Origin: Alphaproteobacteria bacterium
GTDB taxonomy: Bacteria; Pseudomonadota; Alphaproteobacteria; JAOXRX01
NCBI GenBank assembly: GCA_025800285.1
Contig: JAOXRX010000062.1
Coordinates: forward strand, 2,346 to 66,345
Direction of reading: 5' to 3'
Length of the DNA stretch: 64,000 nt
Shown here: positions 1-10,292 of the stretch, piece after piece
Layout: each line of letters starts with the position of its first letter
How positions within the stretch are numbered: the stretch's first letter is position 1
The notes under the pieces: generated by a model
What the model saw: the letters and a program-made list of their open reading frames with translations, nothing else
Database searches by the model: none
Told to the model about the DNA's origin: nothing
Position numbers and translations under genes: made by a program

Positions 1-654
1 TTAGGATCTATCATATCTTTTTTAGTTGATTCAGCTTTAGAATTTTGATTTTCGTCCTTAACTTTAATAGGTTCTTTTTCTTTAACTTTAGAATCTTGTT
101 TTTTATTATCTATGTTTTCTATATCTACTCCATAAAGTGTTTTGTAAACTTCTCTTTTAGGGTTTATTAAAAATTTGCCACCTTTAACAATAGCTTTACC
201 AGCAGTAACGGGTGCTAAAGCAATGTCTTTTAAATCTTTACCAACTCCAACAACTGGTTCTTTAACTAAGTCTTTAACCCCATTACCAATTTTAGAACCT
301 CCTTCTTTAAAATTTCCTTTACAACATTCATATAAACCTCCAAAGGTTCCTTTTAAAAAGCTCCCTCCTCCTTTTATAACACCACTAACTGTATCACTTG
401 CAAAACGAGGAGTTATACTGTGAGCTGCATCTTTAGTTTCTTTTAAGGCTGAATCTACATCTCCTTGTGCTAAATCTACAATTCCTCGAACAGCATTATC
501 AGCAGGACCTAATAAACAATCACCTACACCACCAACAGCTTCTCCAGTTAGTGTAGAGAAATTACCTGTGTTTGGTCCTTCGTTTTTTCCTATTCTTTTA
601 AAGAATGCACTAAGGAATCCATCTTTTTCTTCTTTTTTGTTTTCTTCACTCATT
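1..654 (-). CDS. Hypothetical glycine-rich protein, 5'-partial in window. N-terminus MSEENKKEEKDGF; the C-terminal part continues beyond position 1.
   Basis: Open minus-strand frame with ATG at 652-654. GxxG-rich low-complexity content, no recognisable domain. Coding periodicity is consistent with its neighbours. Confidence 0.45.
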
Positions 655-672
655 TTATATCTCCTTTAATTT

Positions 673-1077
673 TTAAACTTCCATGCCCAGTTTTTTTAAC
701 TGCTCTTTGGTTAAGTTTTGTTTGTTAATTTCTCTATTCAACTCTTTATGACTAGCTATGCCAATTGGAATTGCTCGTTTTGGTAATTTATTATTTATTT
801 CTTCTGCTTTAGATCTTTCAGCATCGTTTAGTTCAATCTTTTTTGCTGTTTTCTCTTCTATCTTCTCTTCAATTCTAGTTTTACTTACTTGTTCTGTGTT
901 AGCAGCAATATCAACAGTTTGTTTATTTTCTAAACTTGCGGATACTTTAGCTTCATCTGAAGAAGAAGATGCAACATTAGAGGCAACGGAAGATTTATCA
1001 GAAGACTCTGGAGCTATATCCGAGCTGAACTGTGCCTCTTCTACTTGTTTGCTATGTTTTTTTTGTTCAGTAATCAT
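673..1077 (-). CDS. Hypothetical acidic, Ser/Glu/Lys-rich, probably disordered protein, 134 aa.
   Basis: ORF from the six-frame track, co-directional and 18 nt upstream of the glycine-rich gene. No recognisable domain. Confidence 0.4.
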   Translation of the reverse strand: MITEQKKHSKQVEEAQFSSDIAPESSDKSSVASNVASSSSDEAKVSASLENKQTVDIAANTEQVSKTRIEEKIEEKTAKKIELNDAERSKAEEINNKLPKRAIPIGIASHKELNREINKQNLTKEQLKKLGMEV

Positions 1078-1212
1078 AAATACCTCTTTTTCTTAGTTTT
1101 TATAGTATGTATTATAATTCTTCTTTAAGAAAAAAACAAGAAAAAATTGATTTTTTAATTTAAAAGCATTATACATTATTCATATTTATCAATTGAATAA
1201 GAGGGAAATAAA

Positions 1213-2163
1213 ATGAATGACATTAAAATAATGAAAGAAACTTTGCTAGAAGAAGCTAATGCAATGATTAAATTAGCGGAAACTCTTGGAGAAGAATGCT
1301 CTAAAATTATAGAACTTATATTAAATATAAAAGGTAGATTAATTATAACTGGAATGGGTAAAAGTGGGCATATCGGTAAAAAGATAGCTGCAACACTTGC
1401 TTCTACGGGGACTCCATCATTTTTTGTACATCCTGGAGAAGCTTCTCATGGAGACTTGGGCATGATTACTTCAAACGATGCGGTTATAGCTATATCTAAC
1501 TCAGGAGAATCAAAAGAATTAGGAGATATAATAACTTACACAAGGAGGTTCTCAATACCTTTAATTTCTATATCTAGAAATTCAGAGTCAACATTAGGAA
1601 AAGCAGCAGACTATCACATCAATTTAAATTATGAGAAAGAGGCTTGCCCTTTAGGAATTGCTCCTACAACATCAACAACACTAACTTTAGCTATTGGAGA
1701 TGCTTTAGCTGTAGCTCTATTGAAAAGAAGAGGTTTTTCTGCAGAAGATTTTGGCAATTTCCACCCAGGAGGAAAACTAGGTGCAGCTTTAATTAGAAAT
1801 GAAGAAATTATGCATGATGATTATGATTTACCATTAGCAAAAGAAGATGATGCTATGAATAAAGTTATAGAAATTATGTCTAATAAGAAAATGGGTTGTG
1901 TTGGAATTGTAGATAATAGCAACAAGTTAGTTGGTATTATTACAGATGGAGATATTCGTCGTCATGTAGAAGATATAATGAATAAAACCGCTAAAGATAT
2001 AATGACTGCTAATCCGATTACAACAACAAAATCATGCTTATCTGCAGAGGGGTTAGCGATTATGAATAACAAATCTATTACAGCTCTTTTTGTTGTGGAT
2101 GAAGCTAATAAAGCAATAGGTATCATACATATGCATGACTATCTAAAAAATGGGGTTATGTAA
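1213..2163 (+). CDS. kdsD: Arabinose-5-phosphate isomerase, KdsD/KpsF type (SIS domain plus tandem CBS domains).
   Basis: SIS motif GMGKSGHIGKKIAATLASTGTPSFFVHPGEASHGDLGMI and a C-terminal CBS pair. RBS AGAGGGA lies upstream of the ATG. Confidence 0.85.
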   Translation: MNDIKIMKETLLEEANAMIKLAETLGEECSKIIELILNIKGRLIITGMGKSGHIGKKIAATLASTGTPSFFVHPGEASHGDLGMITSNDAVIAISNSGESKELGDIITYTRRFSIPLISISRNSESTLGKAADYHINLNYEKEACPLGIAPTTSTTLTLAIGDALAVALLKRRGFSAEDFGNFHPGGKLGAALIRNEEIMHDDYDLPLAKEDDAMNKVIEIMSNKKMGCVGIVDNSNKLVGIITDGDIRRHVEDIMNKTAKDIMTANPITTTKSCLSAEGLAIMNNKSITALFVVDEANKAIGIIHMHDYLKNGVM

Positions 2164-2202
2164 AATCAATTCATCTAAATAATAACAAAAGATTTAACAA
2201 AA

Positions 2203-2229
2203 AAAGGCACTTAAAAAAGTGCCTTTTAT
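2203..2229. terminator. Bidirectional rho-independent terminator hairpin between kdsD and the convergent small ORF (aaggcactt / aagtgcctt).
   Basis: Inverted repeat with 9-bp stems flanked by A- and T-runs, read directly from the sequence. Confidence 0.5.
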
Positions 2230-2237
2230 TATCAATT

Positions 2238-2456
2238 TTAACTTAAACTATGATTTTGCAATTTTTTATAGTATGCAATTCTAGAGTTAGACATTGCCGC
2301 ATCTTTAATCTTAATAGCTGGGATTTCTTTTTTAATCTCAATTGGTTTAACTTTTTCTTCAGTCTTTTTTTCTAATCCTTCACAAAGGCATACCGCTAAA
2401 GCTAATGAAATTAATACATCTTTTGCCATATCTGTTGCTTTATAATTCTCTTCCAT
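2238..2456 (-). CDS. Small hypothetical protein, 72 aa, with one hydrophobic segment.
   Basis: ORF with RBS AAAGGTGA 7 nt upstream of the ATG. No homology recognised. Confidence 0.35.
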   Translation of the reverse strand: MEENYKATDMAKDVLISLALAVCLCEGLEKKTEEKVKPIEIKKEIPAIKIKDAAMSNSRIAYYKKLQNHSLS

Positions 2457-2598
2457 ATTTTCACCTTTCTATTATTTTTTTCATTGTTATATATGAAAAA
2501 TATAGTTAATACTATCATAAAAAAAATGTAATTTCAATAACTTTACTAGTTTTTTATTGAAATAAAAATACTTTCAAAGCTTAAGGTTTTAAAATAAC

Positions 2599-2627
2599 TT
2601 GACAAAGGAGCGATTTTATTGTATATA
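2599..2627 (+). promoter_or_regulatory. Sigma70-like promoter, TTGACA-17 nt-TATATA, upstream of the acetyl-CoA synthetase gene.
   Basis: TTGACA at 2599-2604, a 17-nt spacer, and TATATA at 2622-2627. Confidence 0.4.
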
Positions 2628-2674
2628 GAGTGCTTAAAAATTACTACAATTTATCAAAGAAAGAATCAACAAAA

Positions 2675-4870
2675 ATGAGTACTGAAAATTTAGAATATTT
2701 ATTCGCTCCTAAATCAGTTGCGATGATTGGTGCTTCCAATAGAGAACAATCAATTGGAAGAGTTGTTACAGAAAACCTAATTAAAGGTGAATTCCAAGGG
2801 GAATTAATGTTAGTTAACCCTAAAGGTGCTGAAATCTGTGGTATGCAATCATACCAAAGCATAGATGATTTACCTACAGTTCCAGAATTAGCTCTTATAG
2901 CTATTCGTCCAGATTTTATCCCAGCTACATTAGAGTCTTTAGGTCAAAAAGGAACTAAAGTTGCTCTTATCATCACTGCTGGTTTCGGTGAAATGGGAGA
3001 AGAAGGTAAGAAAAAAGAAGCAGAATTAGTAGAAATCGCTAAAAAATATGGCATGAGAATTGCTGGGCCAAACTGTCTTGGTGTTATGACTCCAGAGGTT
3101 GGACTTGCTGCTGGTTTCGTTATTTGTCCTCCTTTAAAAGGTAATATCGCTTTTGCTGCTCAATCAGGAGCTATCTTAAGTTCAGTTGTTGATTTAGCTA
3201 TGGCTAAAAACATTGGTTTCTCACATCTACTATCTTTAGGTAACATGGCTGATGTTGATTTCGATGATGTTCTAGAACAATTTGGTAACGATGATGCAAC
3301 AGATGCTATAATTATGTATATGGAATCTGTTAAAGAAACAAGAGAATTTATGAAAGCTGCTCGTGAAGCTGCTAAGAAAAAACCTGTTATTTTAATCAAA
3401 TCAGGTAAATCTGATGCTGCTGCAGAAGCTGCTGCTTCTCATACAGGTGCTCTTGCTGGTTCAGATGCTGTTTATGATGCTGCATTCAAAAGAGCTGGTT
3501 TAATTAGAGTTGAAAACCTAAGCGAAATGTTCCAAATTGTTGAAATTATCGCTTCAGGTAAAAAAATTAATAATAACAAATTAACTATTGTTACAAATGG
3601 TGGTGGTATTGGTCTTCTAGCAACAGATGCTTTGATTTCTGATGGTGGTGAACTAACTGAACTAAACCCTGAAACAAAAGCTAAACTTGATGAAGTGCTA
3701 CCTGAAACATGGTCTCATGCAAACCCAATTGATATTATTGGTGATGCTCCAGGAAAAAGATATGAAGATTCTGTAAGAGAAGTATTAGAAGATGAGAACG
3801 ATGACTCAGCTGTTTTAGTTCTTAACTGCCCTCTTGCTGTTTGTGATTCTGCAGATGGTGCAAATGGTGTTGTTAATGCTATTAAAGCTACAAACTCTGA
3901 TAGAGTTGTTTTAGCTAACTGGTTAGGTGCTGGTGCTGCAGAAACTTCAAAGAAAATATTTATGGATAACAAAATTCCTTCATTCAACACTCCTGCTGAA
4001 GCTACAAAAGGATTTATGTATCTTGCTAACTATAAAAAAGATCAAGACTTTTTAAACAGCCCTGCTGTTCCAGTTGCTGATGCTGAATACGATTATGATG
4101 CAGTTAAAGCTATTATAGATGGAGCAATTGCTGAAGGAAGAGAATGGTTATCAGAATATGAAGCTAAGAATGTAGCTCATGCATATTCAATCCCTGTAGC
4201 TAGAACTATTAATGTAGCTACTACAGAAGAAGCTATCGAAGCAGGTGAAGATCTAGGTTATCCTTTAGTGTTAAAAATCTTCTCTCATGATATTACTCAT
4301 AAATCTGATGCTGGTGGTGTTGTTCTAAACATTAAAACTCCAGAACAGTTGAAAACAGAATGTGAAGAAATGCTTGTAAGAGTTGGTAAAAATTGTCCAG
4401 ATGCAAAAATCGAAGGATTCTCAGTTCAAAACTTTGTAAATCTTGATCACTATCACGAATTAATCGTTGGTGTTAATGAAGATGCTCAGTTCGGTCCTGT
4501 TGTTCTATTCGGTAGAGGTGGTACAGCTGTTGAAATCATTAAAGATACAACTTTAGAACTTCCTCCAATGGATATGAATATTGCAACTTCTATGATTAAT
4601 AGAACTAAAGTTTCTGAACTTATGAATGGATACAGAGATGTTCCAGCTGCAAGAAAAGACTTAGTTGCTAAAATTATGGTTAATGTTTGTAAACTAATTG
4701 AAGATTTCCCAGAAATCATTGAATTAGATTTAAACCCTATCTTTGCTAACCACGAAGAAGCTATTGCTCTTGATGCTAGAGTATTAGTAAAACCTTTCAA
4801 TGGTGAAGATAGAAGTGCTAGATTTGCAATTAATCCAAAATCTACATCAAAAGATACAGCTGGTATTTAA
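2675..4870 (+). CDS. Acetate--CoA ligase, ADP-forming, fused alpha/beta (CoA-binding, succinyl-CoA-synthetase-like and ATP-grasp domains). Acyl-CoA synthetase, NDP-forming.
   Basis: N-terminal CoA-binding motif SVAMIGASNREQSIGR. Central HTGALAG-type phospho-His loop (ASHTGALAGSDAVYDAAFKRAG). C-terminal ATP-grasp region. The start is placed at ATG 2675 downstream of the predicted promoter; the alternative GTG at 2630 is in frame. Confidence 0.8.
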   Translation: MSTENLEYLFAPKSVAMIGASNREQSIGRVVTENLIKGEFQGELMLVNPKGAEICGMQSYQSIDDLPTVPELALIAIRPDFIPATLESLGQKGTKVALIITAGFGEMGEEGKKKEAELVEIAKKYGMRIAGPNCLGVMTPEVGLAAGFVICPPLKGNIAFAAQSGAILSSVVDLAMAKNIGFSHLLSLGNMADVDFDDVLEQFGNDDATDAIIMYMESVKETREFMKAAREAAKKKPVILIKSGKSDAAAEAAASHTGALAGSDAVYDAAFKRAGLIRVENLSEMFQIVEIIASGKKINNNKLTIVTNGGGIGLLATDALISDGGELTELNPETKAKLDEVLPETWSHANPIDIIGDAPGKRYEDSVREVLEDENDDSAVLVLNCPLAVCDSADGANGVVNAIKATNSDRVVLANWLGAGAAETSKKIFMDNKIPSFNTPAEATKGFMYLANYKKDQDFLNSPAVPVADAEYDYDAVKAIIDGAIAEGREWLSEYEAKNVAHAYSIPVARTINVATTEEAIEAGEDLGYPLVLKIFSHDITHKSDAGGVVLNIKTPEQLKTECEEMLVRVGKNCPDAKIEGFSVQNFVNLDHYHELIVGVNEDAQFGPVVLFGRGGTAVEIIKDTTLELPPMDMNIATSMINRTKVSELMNGYRDVPAARKDLVAKIMVNVCKLIEDFPEIIELDLNPIFANHEEAIALDARVLVKPFNGEDRSARFAINPKSTSKDTAGI

Positions 4871-5000
4871 TAAATACTCAATCTGTTAAAGAAAAATACC
4901 TCTTGCAATTTGCGGAGGTATTTTTTTTAAAGTTGCATTTTTCAGCTTTATATGCTATTCAAAAAATATAGGTTTAATTAATATTAAAGGGAGACTCCAT

Positions 5001-5456
5001 ATGAAAAAGCTTTTATTTATAGCACTTTTATTAATTAGTGCATGTGCTAAAAACATAGATTCTAATGTTTACAATGAAAGAGAAACTCTTCAGACAAGAA
5101 GCATTTTAAAAGGTAAGATTCTTCAAGTATTACCAGTTAAAGTAGAAGGTGATAAAGTTGTTGGAACAGGAAGTGGTGCTATAATCGGTGGACTTGCAGG
5201 ATCAACAGTTGGAGAAAATGATACAATTAAGGTTCTATCTGCATCTTTAGGAGCATTAATAGGCTCTGGCATAGGGAGAACTATCGATGGTTGGATTACA
5301 AACCAAGGCGGATATCAGTATATAATTGAATTAAGAGCTACAGGAGAAGTTATCTCTATAGTTCAAGGTGATGCTAATCCGTTAAAACCAGGTGATGAAG
5401 TTCTTCTTTTAGAGAACAGAAACCAGACTAGAGTTATAAAAAGTGAATTAAAATAA
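5001..5456 (+). CDS. Glycine-zipper outer-membrane lipoprotein (SlyB/Pcp/17-kDa-antigen-like).
   Basis: Signal peptide with lipobox LLISAC. Gly-zipper stretches GSGAIIGGLAGSTVG and LGALIGSGIG. Confidence 0.65.
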   Translation: MKKLLFIALLLISACAKNIDSNVYNERETLQTRSILKGKILQVLPVKVEGDKVVGTGSGAIIGGLAGSTVGENDTIKVLSASLGALIGSGIGRTIDGWITNQGGYQYIIELRATGEVISIVQGDANPLKPGDEVLLLENRNQTRVIKSELK

Positions 5457-5483
5457 TAGATTCATTTATAATATTAGTTATAA

Positions 5484-5517
5484 AAAGCAGTCTATAAATT
5501 TAGATTGCTTTTTTTTT
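5484..5517 (+). terminator. Rho-independent terminator after the lipoprotein gene.
   Basis: Stem aagcagtct / agattgctt followed by a T9 run. Confidence 0.5.
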
Positions 5518-5571
5518 ATAAATATGATAAAAACAAGCATATTAATACAATATATTTAGGAAAGAGAAGTA

Positions 5572-7233
5572 ATGAAAAAAGAATTAGTTGAAAGACTTAT
5601 AAGTGATGATTTACCTTCAATCGCAGAAATTGAAGCTAAATACCCAAAAAGAAATCTGCCAGAAGGAGCCGTTGTTAGTAGAACAGGACCATCTCCTACT
5701 GGATTTATGCATATTGGAACTATATATCAAACAATGATATCTAAAAAGCTTGTAGAGCAGACTAATGGAAAGTTTTTCTTGAGAATTGAAGATACTGATA
5801 CAAAAAGAGAAGTTTCTGGTGCTAGAGAAATAATTGTTGATTATCTTATTAAATATGGATTATTAAACAAAGAAATTGATGAGGGACCATTTTTAAATGA
5901 TTCTGATAAAGATAACTATGGACCTTATACTCAAAGCAAGAGAGCTAATATATATAAAGCATACATAAAATATATGCTTGAAAATGATTTAGCATACCCT
6001 TGTTTTTGTACAACAGAACAGTTAAATGAAGTTCGTGAAGGACAAAAGAAAGAAGACTTAAGAACTGGATATTATGGTAACTTTGCTAGATGTAGAAGAT
6101 TATCTGAAGAAGATATTATAGCTAAACTTGATGCGGGATTAGATTATGTAATTAGATTTAAATCTAATGGTAAACACTCAAATAAAATCCTAATTGAAGA
6201 CTCTGTTAAAGGGAAAAGAAATATAGCAGAAAATGATTTTGATATTCCAATCCTTAAAGGAGATGGACTGCCAAGCTATCATTTTGCTCATTTAATTGAT
6301 GACCATTTAATGGGAACCAATCTTGTAGTTAGAGGTGATGAATGGATATCATCTCTGCCTTTACACTTACAACTATTTGAAACAATGGGATGGGAGGCTC
6401 CTAAGTATGCTCATATATCCCCTATTGAAAAAATGGATGATGGAAAGAGAAGAAAGTTATCAAAAAGAAAAGATCCAGAAGCAAGTGTTGTTTATTATGA
6501 TGAAGTTGGATATCCTGTGCAAGCAGTGTTGGAATATCTATTTAATATAGCTAATTCTGACTTTGAGCAATGGAGAAAACAAAACCCTTTAGCTGATTTA
6601 AAAGACTTTGAATTAAAAGTGAATAAGCTAAATAAAAGTGGAGCTTTATTTGATTTTGATAAGTTAAATCATGTTTCTCAAAATTATATATCTAGATTAA
6701 CTAAAGATGAAGTCTATAATGAATTAGAGAAATGGGCTATTAATAGAGATGCTCACTTGCATAAAAAAATGGTGCAGAATAAAGATTACATCAAAGAAAT
6801 AATTAATATTGAGAGAGAAAATACAAACAAACCAAGAAAAGACATTACTATGTGGTCTCAAGCTTGGGATACTATGTCTTACTTCTTTGATGATGAATTT
6901 TCTCTGACAAAAGAAGAGTTTATGGAAAAAGCTGGCAACCCAGATCCTGCAGTGGCAAAAGCTATTGTTATTGATTTTATTGCTGATTATGATAAAAATA
7001 TGGCTCTAGATAAATCGGAATGGTTTAACTCATTTAAAGAGCTAGCAGAAAAACATGGATATTGCACAAATGGTAAAGAATATAAGAAGAACCCTGATGC
7101 ATATAAAGGTTCAATGGCTAACTTTGCCAAGATATTCAGAGTTCTGTTAACAGGAGAGCCTCAATCACCAGATTTATACTATATGATGCATGTAATGGGC
7201 AAAGAAAGAGTATTTAAAAGAATATCTATATAA
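5572..7233 (+). CDS. gltX: Glutamate--tRNA ligase (class I aaRS), 553 aa with an extended C-terminal region.
   Basis: HIGH-type motif PSPTGFMHIGT and KMSKS-type motif KLSKRK, in GluRS/GlnRS family architecture. Confidence 0.75.
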   Translation: MKKELVERLISDDLPSIAEIEAKYPKRNLPEGAVVSRTGPSPTGFMHIGTIYQTMISKKLVEQTNGKFFLRIEDTDTKREVSGAREIIVDYLIKYGLLNKEIDEGPFLNDSDKDNYGPYTQSKRANIYKAYIKYMLENDLAYPCFCTTEQLNEVREGQKKEDLRTGYYGNFARCRRLSEEDIIAKLDAGLDYVIRFKSNGKHSNKILIEDSVKGKRNIAENDFDIPILKGDGLPSYHFAHLIDDHLMGTNLVVRGDEWISSLPLHLQLFETMGWEAPKYAHISPIEKMDDGKRRKLSKRKDPEASVVYYDEVGYPVQAVLEYLFNIANSDFEQWRKQNPLADLKDFELKVNKLNKSGALFDFDKLNHVSQNYISRLTKDEVYNELEKWAINRDAHLHKKMVQNKDYIKEIINIERENTNKPRKDITMWSQAWDTMSYFFDDEFSLTKEEFMEKAGNPDPAVAKAIVIDFIADYDKNMALDKSEWFNSFKELAEKHGYCTNGKEYKKNPDAYKGSMANFAKIFRVLLTGEPQSPDLYYMMHVMGKERVFKRISI

Positions 7234-7295
7234 ATTCTTTTAACCTAAATCAATTTTTCTGCAATTCTGACGAGCGGAGATGAGAAAGTTGTAGT

Positions 7296-7680
7296 GTCAT
7301 TTTGAGCGACTGCAAGGAGTCGAAAAATCTTTTTATCATGCTATCTTATTCTATCGTCATTCTGAGTGCAACGAAGAATCTTTTCATGCCTGTGTAATAT
7401 TGATTTACATCCTGCATCATAATGAGATTCTTCACTACCACACAAGTGTGTCCGTTTAGAATGACGGACTGAGTATTAAGGTAGTGTTTTTTTAGATAAT
7501 GTCATTCTGAGTGTAACGAAGAATCTTTTCATGCCTGTGTAATATTGATTTACATCCTGCATAACAATGAGATTCTTCACTACCACATAACTGTGTCCGT
7601 TCAGAATGACGACAAATAGAAAGTTTGGCACTTCTTTAGCATAGTGAGATTCTTATTCGCTCTGCTCATCAGAATAATGA
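7296..7680. repeat. Array of MITE-like palindromic elements. Two near-identical ~105-110 bp copies (7364-7468 and 7500-7612) sit between a degenerate left half (7296-7340) and a degenerate right half (7641-7680).
   Basis: The two copies are about 95% identical. Each has terminal inverted repeats gtcattctgagtg...(c/t)tcagaatgac. The flanking half-copies share the pattern tcatt-tgagcg...gaatga. Confidence 0.75.
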
Positions 7681-7712
7681 ATAGGAAATATTGGAAGAAT
7701 AGAATAACAATT

Positions 7713-9035
7713 TTACTGTCTCAAAAAATCTTCCAATAGACTTTTAAACAATACTGGTATTTGTTTCATCTCTTTTAGCTCTCTTACATAGGATATTCTC
7801 ATTTGAGTTCTCCCCGGATTCTTAGATAATTTCTTCACACTATAAAATCCTAACATTGGAGATAAAAATAGAGTCCTATAATTCCCTTTTATTTTAACTT
7901 TACCATTTGCTGCACAAAACTTAATAAAGTCAACACAATTAAATTTTTCATCAACAATATTTCTAACATCTATAACGGAGTATAAAGAAGCTTCTGCTTT
8001 TGATACTATAATATCAGGCAGCTCTTTTTTAAAGCCCTCTTCTACAGCGGTTGCGATTTTATAATAATGCTTTCTTTGCTTCTCATACCATCTGTTTAAT
8101 TCAGATTTTTTAGCTTCAGCAAGAGCTCCAAATATATACTGTCCAATAGAATTTGCACATAAATTAGCAGTATTCTCTGAAACAGACTTTTCTATAAACT
8201 CCTTGTTATCGGTTATAAGAGCCCCTATTCTCAAACCGCAAGCATTCCACATTTTAGAGCTTGTCTCTATAGATATTCGCCTTCCTTCAATTCCAGGAAC
8301 TTCTTTATCTGTAATTCCCCAAATACTAATAACTTCTTTATCTTTAGTGTATATAAGCTCTCTATAAGCTTCATCACTTAGCATCCAAATATTATATTTA
8401 ACACATAACTTTGCTAAATCTATCATTTGTTGCTTAGTAAACTTTTGTCCAGTTGGGTTATCACAAGGTATCACCAATAAAGAGTTAGGCTTATGCTTCT
8501 TTATTGCTTTCTCTATTTCTTTGATACAAGGAATAGCAAAAAGCCCATCTTCATTCAGGTGCCTAGTAATAGAAACAGTTTTTCTGCCTAATCTTCTTGC
8601 TATAGACATATAGTTAGTATAAGCAGCATCCATTACCATAAGAGGTTTATTCTTTTTGCCTGCTTCTCCGCATATACCTAAAATAGCTAATTCCATGGCC
8701 TTTGAACCACCGTCTGTTATTTGAGTATAAAGATTACTAATATCAAACCCTTCATGTTTTAATATATTCAAAAAAGCATTGTTAGCCTCTTCTGTTCCTC
8801 TAGTACAAGTATAACTGTTTACCCCATTCGCAAAGGGTGATGTCTCATTACATAAATTAAACATCCTTTTTTGTAAAATCTTAGGCATAGGCAAAGATAC
8901 ATTACCTACAGATACATCTAATACATTAATTTCATTTCTATCTTCTCTTTTTGAGAATTCTAATCCAGACAATCTAATTGCACTTGGCTGTATAGAGTCA
9001 AAATATTTTGACATTCTTGGCATATTATTTTTCAT
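7713..9035 (-). CDS. PLP-dependent aminotransferase, class I/II fold (aspartate/aromatic or LL-DAP-type aminotransferase-like).
   Basis: 440 aa. N-terminal SAIRLSGLEF motif and an internal SSKMWNACGLRIGA PLP-lysine region typical of class I aminotransferases. Confidence 0.7.
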   Translation of the reverse strand: MKNNMPRMSKYFDSIQPSAIRLSGLEFSKREDRNEINVLDVSVGNVSLPMPKILQKRMFNLCNETSPFANGVNSYTCTRGTEEANNAFLNILKHEGFDISNLYTQITDGGSKAMELAILGICGEAGKKNKPLMVMDAAYTNYMSIARRLGRKTVSITRHLNEDGLFAIPCIKEIEKAIKKHKPNSLLVIPCDNPTGQKFTKQQMIDLAKLCVKYNIWMLSDEAYRELIYTKDKEVISIWGITDKEVPGIEGRRISIETSSKMWNACGLRIGALITDNKEFIEKSVSENTANLCANSIGQYIFGALAEAKKSELNRWYEKQRKHYYKIATAVEEGFKKELPDIIVSKAEASLYSVIDVRNIVDEKFNCVDFIKFCAANGKVKIKGNYRTLFLSPMLGFYSVKKLSKNPGRTQMRISYVRELKEMKQIPVLFKSLLEDFLRQ

Positions 9036-9180
9036 TTTTTTCTCGCTATATATTATATATTTTTCATACTTATAGCATAAAAAAATATTTTTTCAAACTA
9101 ATTTTAATGTAATCAGGCATATACTTTTTATGAATTTTATGATATAATACTCCATAATTAAAAAGGAATGTAAAAATATT

Positions 9181-9786
9181 ATGTCATCAGTATTAACAGT
9201 AGAAGATAAAAAGATAATTAATAGATTATCTGAAATTGAAAACTTTGATAATTACAAACCTGTATCTTCTAAAATTTTAAAACAAAAATTAAGGTATGAG
9301 TTTGAAAAAATACACTACACTTTAGACAGACTGTATAACTATAATAATGAAAAATTAGAGATAAAAAACTTTCCTATTCAAAAAATTAAGAACACTAAAC
9401 AAAATAAATATTATTTTTATATGAATCCTCATAAGAAATGTTTGCAATGGGTCTCTGAAGAATTAAGAAAAGATCATGGAGAACCAGATTTCATACCAGA
9501 AAATTGGAAATCAACAGTATTATTAGCAAATATACTAAAGATTTCTAACAATAGACTCTATACTGAAGTAAAAAGAATATATGAAAACAAAAACTCTTGG
9601 GACCCCCAAAAAGAGGGGTTTGAGTTTCCTATTAAAGAAGGTCAAAAAATTAATAAAAAATATACAAAAGGATATTATTTAAATCCTGATAAAAAAGTAA
9701 TGGAATGGTTTAAAAATATAGTAAACAAATCTCTTAAAAATAAAACTAAAAGAAGGGTTAATAATAGCTTTTACATAACTCCTTAA
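9181..9786 (+). CDS. Hypothetical lysine-rich protein, 201 aa, with two internal repeats of a YY(F/L)NP(H/D)KK-x-(L/M)(Q/E)W(V/F) motif.
   Basis: ORF with RBS AAGGAA. Internal repeats YYFYMNPHKKCLQWVSEELRK and KGYYLNPDKKVMEWFKNIVNK. No known domain. Confidence 0.5.
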   Translation: MSSVLTVEDKKIINRLSEIENFDNYKPVSSKILKQKLRYEFEKIHYTLDRLYNYNNEKLEIKNFPIQKIKNTKQNKYYFYMNPHKKCLQWVSEELRKDHGEPDFIPENWKSTVLLANILKISNNRLYTEVKRIYENKNSWDPQKEGFEFPIKEGQKINKKYTKGYYLNPDKKVMEWFKNIVNKSLKNKTKRRVNNSFYITP

Positions 9787-9857
9787 AAACTTAGCTGTAC
9801 TTTTATTAAATAATGTGATATTATTATATAATATTTTAATAAAAGGAGATAGGTAAA

Positions 9858-10181
9858 GTGAATAATATTATAATAAATCACAACTGGTTATCCTCTGAAG
9901 ATTTGGCTAAAAGATATAATATAAAAGTATTTGATGCCTTAGATGTAATAGATAAGTTAAAGAAACAAAAAGAAAATTTAGAATATATAAAAGTCGGTAG
10001 AAAAAAGAAAACAGATTTTGTTAATAAAACTTTTATTTCTCCAGAAGAAGACTTTTTAAAGAAAGTAAAAAAAGAATTACAAATAATTCATAAGAAGAGA
10101 ATAGCTATATCACAAAAAATAAAAATAACAAAACAAAAAAGTTTAAGCAAAAAAAGAAATAGAGAGAAGGAAAAAATATAA
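9858..10181 (+). CDS. Hypothetical lysine-rich protein, 107 aa, GTG start.
   Basis: RBS AAGGAGA 7 nt upstream of the GTG. The region is extremely A-rich. No known domain. Confidence 0.4.
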   Translation: MNNIIINHNWLSSEDLAKRYNIKVFDALDVIDKLKKQKENLEYIKVGRKKKTDFVNKTFISPEEDFLKKVKKELQIIHKKRIAISQKIKITKQKSLSKKRNREKEKI

Positions 10182-10292
10182 AAATTTAGTTCCTGAAGAT
10201 AGCTTATCTGCAAATGATTTAGAGAAAATTACCAAAATTAGAGCAAACACAATTAGAAAAATTCTAAAAGAATTATATAAATTGAAAGGTTC

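Noticed and set aside
175-1096. Plus-strand ORFs 175-423 and 758-1096
   Set aside because: They are antisense to the better-supported minus-strand genes. Their Pro/Leu/Ser-rich translations are typical of reverse frames.
6335-6550. 71-aa plus-strand ORF within gltX in an alternative frame
   Set aside because: It is internal to gltX in a different frame and is Met/Leu/Tyr-rich nonsense.
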